From the NCBI GenBank assembly GCA_963765675.1, contig CAVXXK010000001.1, forward strand, positions 2,048,001 through 2,112,000: DNA of 64,000 bases, in the 5' to 3' direction. Under the pieces are notes generated by a model, which did not search any database, was not told where the DNA came from, and saw only the letters and a list, made by a program, of their open reading frames with translations. The translations under genes were made by a program, and so were the position numbers. This DNA comes from an uncultured delta proteobacterium (GTDB taxonomy: Bacteria > Desulfobacterota > Binatia > Binatales > Binataceae). Shown piece by piece: positions 59,146 to 64,000 of the stretch (within the stretch, counting starts at the first letter, position 1; the number at the start of each line of letters is the position of its first letter).

Positions 59146-59182
59146 TGGGCCTATCCTGAAAATCCGATCGGTAGAGGAGCCG

Positions 59183-59815
59183 CTATTTCGAGATTGTCGA
59201 GCGCCGGGCCGCCGCCGATCCGAAATCGCCCAGTGCAGGCGCGCTGCTTTGCGAGGCCGACGTAGGCGCCACGCTGGTGCCGTTCTCACCGAGAGTTCCG
59301 ATCTTGACGTGGGTTGCGTTGTAGCTGCGGATTACCTGGTCGGTGATATCGATCGACGGCGCGCCCCACAGGATCGATCCCTTCTCGAGCACCAGCGTGT
59401 ATCCGTCGCGCTCGCCGAGGTTGCGGATGATCTGCGCGAGGTCGTGGACGATCCGGCTGGTGATCTCGTTGTCTTTGCTCTGCAGCTCGTCGCGAGCGTC
59501 TTTGTACTCGCGATCGAAATCCTTGGCCTTGGCGACGTACTGGTCCTGCAGGCTCTGGCGCTGATCGGGATTCATGAGCATCCCTTTTTTCTCGATCTCG
59601 TCCTTGAGCGATTGGACTTGGTTCTGTTCGTGCTGAAGCTTGCTTTCGAGCGCCTGGACGCGGCCCTGGAAATCCGCCTTGGCGCGCTTGCCCGCATCGC
59701 ATTCGTTGAGCGCGCGTTGCACGTCCACGTACGCGACCCTTATGTCGGCGCGCGCGGGTTGAGCGGCGGCCAGCATCGCCAACAGCAGCGCACCGGTTAT
59801 CAGACGTAACCTCAT
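59183..59815 (-). CDS. skp: Skp/OmpH periplasmic chaperone
   Basis: Signal peptide, VAYVDVQR, coiled coil, DITDQV; follows bamA. Confidence 0.92.
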   Translation of the reverse strand: MRLRLITGALLLAMLAAAQPARADIRVAYVDVQRALNECDAGKRAKADFQGRVQALESKLQHEQNQVQSLKDEIEKKGMLMNPDQRQSLQDQYVAKAKDFDREYKDARDELQSKDNEITSRIVHDLAQIIRNLGERDGYTLVLEKGSILWGAPSIDITDQVIRSYNATHVKIGTLGENGTSVAPTSASQSSAPALGDFGSAAARRSTISK

Positions 59816-59923
59816 CGTGAGCAAATTCCTCCTCGAAAATTCGGCTCGGGCACCAGCAAGTTCGTCCCGACGATAATGCCGCGGGCATGTGCCGACATTA
59901 AAGCCAGTTTTGGCCCGTCGGCG

Positions 59924-62347
59924 CTAGAGCGGCGCGCCAGCCCCGATCTCGAACACCGTGCGCTGGTCGGCAGGCCGCGGATTGATCGGGAACGCCAGAT
60001 CGACGCTGAGCGGTCCGAACGGCGAACGCCACCTGACCCCGAAACCGACTGAGGCTTGCAGTTCCGTGAAGTCGATTCCTTGCTTAAGCGTGTATGCTTG
60101 CCCGGCGTCGGAGAAGAGCACCCCGCGCAGCCCGAGTCCCGACAGAATCGGGAAGGTGATCTCGTTGCTCAGAATCAATTCCTCGCTGCCGCCGACGTCC
60201 TGGACGCTGATCGGCTGGCCGGCCGCATTGTAGATCGTGACCAGCGGTCCCAACGAGTAGAGCTGGTAGCCGCGCACCTCGGCAGGGCCGCTACTGCCGC
60301 CCGGGAAAAAGCGCTCGTAAAGCGGCAGCTCGCCGCCCGTGCCGCTGCTGAGGTTCGTGCCCACGCCATAGGTCAGACCCTGCGAGACCACCCAGGTTCC
60401 CCAGGTCGAGCTCTTGATGAACGGGTAGAAATAGCGGCCGTGCAAAACTCCCTTGACGAACGAATTACCGCCGCCGAGTCCACCAATCTGACCGTTGAAA
60501 GTCAGCACGGTTCCGGTCCGCGGATCGACCGGGTTATCGACCGTGAAGCGGCGGAAGCTCGGCAGCAATTCGGAGGTCTGCGTGTAGCCCTTGTAGCGCA
60601 GGATATCGAAAGTCGTCAGTGGGTTCAGCCCGGTGATACCGACGCTCTGGAACTGATAGCCGAGTCCCACGCTTACGTCCTTGAGCGAGAAGGGACCGAG
60701 TTTCTTAAATCCCAGCTCCGTCAACGGATAGTAGGTATTGAGCGCGAATCCCGCGGCCGACTGGTTGAAGCTCAGCAGGAATTCCTTGTTGTCGAAGAGC
60801 TGCATCCCGACGCTCAGCGGCATGTCGAGAAACCACGGCTCGGTGTAGCTGATCGAATAATTCTGGAACAGGAATCCGATCTGCGCGTTGAGCACGATCG
60901 ATTCGCCGCCGCCGAACAGGTTGGTGTTGCCCAGTGTGAAATTGCCAAAAACCGACGAGTAGGTGTCGTATCCGCCGGCGACCTGCAATGACGAGGTGTT
61001 TGCTTCCGCCACGTTGACGTCGAGATTGATCTTGTCCGGTTGCTGCGCGGGCTCGGTGGTGATCCGAACCTCGCTGAAATAGCCCAGCCGGTCCAGCCGC
61101 TTCTTCGACTCGCGGATCGCTTCGGCCGAGTACGGCTCCTGCTCCTGGATTTGCAGCTCGCGCCGGATCACCTTGTCGGAGGTCTTGGTGTTGCCGGTGA
61201 TATTGATCCGGTTAACCAGCACTTCGTGCCCCGGGTTGATGTAGAACGTGATGTTGATCCGATGGGTGACCGGATCGAGCTGGGTGCGCGGATCGACATT
61301 GACGAACGCGTAGCCGCGGTTCGAGTAGAAATCCGACAGCGTCAGCACGTTGTGCTGCAAGGTTGCGCCCCGGAAATGTTGCCCGCGCTTGATCGTGAGC
61401 AGCCGCGCCAGCTCGCGATGCGGAAACTTCATGTTGCCTGCCAGAGCGACCCTGCCCACCCGATACGCGGTCCCTTCGTCGACGTCGATCGTGATGTGCA
61501 GCGAGTTGCCGACGCGCTGGACGTTGGGGGTGCTGATATGAACGTTCAGATAGCCGTTCTGGTAATAGAACGCGGTCAGATGATCGACGTCGTCCTGCAG
61601 TTTCTGCTGGTCGAGCGCCCCCTGGCCTGTGAGCCAGCTCAAAAGGAAGCTGTGCGTGCTGGTCTCCATTACTGAGCGCAACTCCGCCGAACTGAAGGCC
61701 TTGTTGCCCTGGAAATCGATCTTGGTGATCTCGACCTTCGGTCCTTCGGTCACGTCGAAGACCGCAACCGCGGTGTTGTCCGGCTGCAGGATGGTGCGGA
61801 AGTTAACCTTGGCGTCGAGGTAGCCCTTATCCTGGTAGACTTTCGTGATCCCGTTGATCGTCTCCTTGACCTGGCCGGGATCGAGAATCGCGCCCGGATG
61901 AAGCTTGGTCGCCGAGGTGATCTTGTCGTCGGTCGAGCGGATCGCCTTCATCCCTTCGATCCGGACGTCGGTAATCTGCGGCCGCTCGATGACTTTGTAC
62001 ACCAGCACGTGGCCGCCGTTGACGTTCTCGACCACGGTCTCGACATTTTGGAAAAAGCCCATCTTGTAGATGGCTTTGACATCCTGGTCGACCGCGTTTT
62101 GATCGAGCGGCTGACCAACGGTCTGCGAGATATGAATTCGGATCGCGTCGGTCTCGACGCGCTGATTGCCCTCAATCCTGATCGCCGTGATGATCGGCGC
62201 GGAGCCCTGCGCGAATGCGCTGGTGACGGTAAAAATCAACGCCAGCATCACGATTGGCGCGCATCTGGCGAGCGAGCGCCTCGCGCTGGCGATAGGGGTA
62301 GGGATTGTCACAGAAAAACACCAAAAAGCGGCGACCAACGTAACCAA
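59924..62347 (-). CDS. bamA: Outer membrane protein assembly factor BamA
   Basis: POTRA domains (GNQRVE, GNTKTSDKVIRRE), VRGY, WRSPFGPL; start uncertain. Confidence 0.95.
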   Translation of the reverse strand: MVTLVAAFWCFSVTIPTPIASARRSLARCAPIVMLALIFTVTSAFAQGSAPIITAIRIEGNQRVETDAIRIHISQTVGQPLDQNAVDQDVKAIYKMGFFQNVETVVENVNGGHVLVYKVIERPQITDVRIEGMKAIRSTDDKITSATKLHPGAILDPGQVKETINGITKVYQDKGYLDAKVNFRTILQPDNTAVAVFDVTEGPKVEITKIDFQGNKAFSSAELRSVMETSTHSFLLSWLTGQGALDQQKLQDDVDHLTAFYYQNGYLNVHISTPNVQRVGNSLHITIDVDEGTAYRVGRVALAGNMKFPHRELARLLTIKRGQHFRGATLQHNVLTLSDFYSNRGYAFVNVDPRTQLDPVTHRINITFYINPGHEVLVNRINITGNTKTSDKVIRRELQIQEQEPYSAEAIRESKKRLDRLGYFSEVRITTEPAQQPDKINLDVNVAEANTSSLQVAGGYDTYSSVFGNFTLGNTNLFGGGESIVLNAQIGFLFQNYSISYTEPWFLDMPLSVGMQLFDNKEFLLSFNQSAAGFALNTYYPLTELGFKKLGPFSLKDVSVGLGYQFQSVGITGLNPLTTFDILRYKGYTQTSELLPSFRRFTVDNPVDPRTGTVLTFNGQIGGLGGGNSFVKGVLHGRYFYPFIKSSTWGTWVVSQGLTYGVGTNLSSGTGGELPLYERFFPGGSSGPAEVRGYQLYSLGPLVTIYNAAGQPISVQDVGGSEELILSNEITFPILSGLGLRGVLFSDAGQAYTLKQGIDFTELQASVGFGVRWRSPFGPLSVDLAFPINPRPADQRTVFEIGAGAPL

Positions 62348-62418
62348 TCAGTCCCGGTAAGTAAACCGAAAATTGATTCTGCGATCCGCGTCCGGCGCGC
62401 TTCACCTCATACTTCTGA

Positions 62419-63138
62419 CTAGACGCGCGGCTCGTCAGACAGTTTTCCTTCCTTGAGTCTTAGTGCGCGGCTCATGCTCCGCATCAGTCGTTCGTTGTGG
62501 GTCGCGATCACCAGCGTGACGCCCAATTCCGCATTGAGCAGATGAAACAAATCGTGAACTTCGTCGGCGGTATGCGGGTCGAGGTTGCCGGTTGGCTCGT
62601 CGGCCAGCACCAGGCGCGGCTTCAGCACCACCGCCCGCGCGACCGCGACCCGCTGCTGTTCGCCACCGGACAGCTCGGCCGGCCGGCGATGCAGTTTTTC
62701 GCCAAGGCCAACCACGCGCAGCATCTCGGCCGCGCGCTCTTCGGCTTCCCGATCCGGCATCCGCGCGATCAGCGCCGGCATCATCACGTTTTCGAGCGCG
62801 TCGAAATCCGCAAGCAGGTAATGGAACTGGAACACGAAGCCGAGACGAAGATTGCGGAACTCCGCGATCGCTTTCGGATCGAGCGCGAACAAATCCTGGC
62901 CCTCGAAGAAGACTTTACCCGCGCTCGGCTCCTCCAGGCTGCCGAGCACGTGCAGCAGCGTGGACTTGCCCTCGCCCGACTGTCCGACGATCGCGATCTC
63001 CTCTCCCGCGCGCACGACCAGATCCAGCTCGCGCAGCACGCGAATCTCGCGCGTCGCATCGTGGAAGGTCTTCACCAGCCCGCGCGCATCGATAAGCGGA
63101 TTTCCGTCAGGCGCGCGAGGCGCCGGCGTGTCACTCAT
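62419..63138 (-). CDS. lolD: Lipoprotein-releasing ABC ATPase
   Basis: [36 protein letters not shown]. Confidence 0.92.
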   Translation of the reverse strand: MSDTPAPRAPDGNPLIDARGLVKTFHDATREIRVLRELDLVVRAGEEIAIVGQSGEGKSTLLHVLGSLEEPSAGKVFFEGQDLFALDPKAIAEFRNLRLGFVFQFHYLLADFDALENVMMPALIARMPDREAEERAAEMLRVVGLGEKLHRRPAELSGGEQQRVAVARAVVLKPRLVLADEPTGNLDPHTADEVHDLFHLLNAELGVTLVIATHNERLMRSMSRALRLKEGKLSDEPRV

Positions 63139-64000
63139 AGCGGATAACCTCGACCGGAGACAGCGAGCACGCGTGGAGTGCCGGATAGATCGCCGCCACG
63201 ATGCACAGCGCGATCGAGGCCGCCGCGACCGCGATAAAATTTATCGCATAAAGCCGCACTGGAACCGCGCTGACCATAAATAGATCGGCCGGCAGATGGA
63301 TCAGATGGAAGTGACCGATAGCCCACGAGACCAAAAATCCGCCGCCGACCCCGAGCGCGGTGCCAACGATTCCGAGCGCGACGCCCTCGCACAGGAAAAT
63401 CAGGAAGATCGACTGCGTCCGCGTGCCCATCGCGCGCAGAATCGCGATCTCCTTGCGCCGCTCCATCGCGATCATCACCAGCGTCGAGAGAATATTAAAC
63501 GCCGCCACCAGCACGATCAGCAGCAGCACCATAAAGTAAGTGAATTTCTCGAGCTGCAGCGCCGAGAACAACGGCGCATTGGCGCGCGTCCAATCCGAAA
63601 CGGTGTAGTCGGCGCCCGCGATTTTTTCGATCGCCGCCGCCACCGCAGGCGCGTCGAACATGTTCCTTAACTTGACTTCGAGTCCCGATTGCATCTCGGA
63701 ATCGTCGGACAAGAGCGCGCGTCCGTCCTTCAGCGCAACGAACACCAGCGTCGAGTCGAAGTCATACATCCCGGAGTAGAAGTAGCCCGTGATCACAAAC
63801 CGCTTGAGTCGCGGCGCCCCCAGTCCGCTGGCCAGGCTCGCAGGCGAAATCAGGATCACCGAATCTCCCACTTGCAGCCCAAGGTCAAACGCCAACGTCT
63901 TGCCGACTATCGCTCCCGGCAGATCGACTTTGCGCTTATGCCCCTGCTCGACGATCTGCACCGGATGCTCCACCTCCAGCGATGCGAGCGTGCCGGATTG
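63131..64000 (-). CDS. lolE: Lipoprotein-releasing permease LolC/E, 5' end outside the window
   Basis: LFSALQLEK, VAAFNI, EIAILRAMG, YPA....PVEVIRYE. Confidence 0.9.
   Translation of the reverse strand, partial: QSGTLASLEVEHPVQIVEQGHKRKVDLPGAIVGKTLAFDLGLQVGDSVILISPASLASGLGAPRLKRFVITGYFYSGMYDFDSTLVFVALKDGRALLSDDSEMQSGLEVKLRNMFDAPAVAAAIEKIAGADYTVSDWTRANAPLFSALQLEKFTYFMVLLLIVLVAAFNILSTLVMIAMERRKEIAILRAMGTRTQSIFLIFLCEGVALGIVGTALGVGGGFLVSWAIGHFHLIHLPADLFMVSAVPVRLYAINFIAVAAASIALCIVAAIYPALHACSLSPVEVIRYE

Noticed and set aside
1-64000. CRISPR arrays, tRNA, rRNA, IS elements
   Set aside because: No regularly spaced repeats, cloverleaf/rRNA signatures or transposase motifs seen by eye.

Overview
High-GC Gram-negative bacterial chromosome segment. 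Gene content and order (DUF1329, several family III CoA-transferases, yggS-proC-yggT-fmdB, yicC-gmk-rel-ridA, lpxA-lpxI-Gfo/Idh-lpxB) suggest a deltaproteobacteria-like lineage such as Candidatus Binatota; this is inference only. Most of the window is housekeeping: envelope and lipid A/LPS biogenesis (lolE/D, bamA, skp, fabZ, lpxA/I/B/K, msbA, waaA, Kdo/LPS kinases, glycosyltransferases), peptidoglycan recycling (amgK-murU, slt), a partial complex I cluster (nuoA-C-D) and oxoprolinase/hydantoinase. Two accessory blocks stand out. (1) About 26.7-29.7 kb holds a secreted Cys-rich protein and an orphan RHS toxin tip with a candidate membrane immunity gene. (2) About 47.9-56.1 kb is a copper-handling island that splits the lipid A operon. 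It carries DUF2318, SCO, a DUF2946-like leader ORF ending PDTPPP, a CxCxC outer-membrane pseudogene, TlpA, a His1 outer-membrane-type protein, copC and copD, with an inverted hldD + GNAT toxin-antitoxin insert. Also seen: a CIRCE operator over the start codon of an FmdB/Ruc-like gene, an apparent ATA start for lpxA, REP-like elements, and several single-base frameshifts that may be sequencing errors. No rRNA, tRNA, CRISPR array or transposase was recognised.
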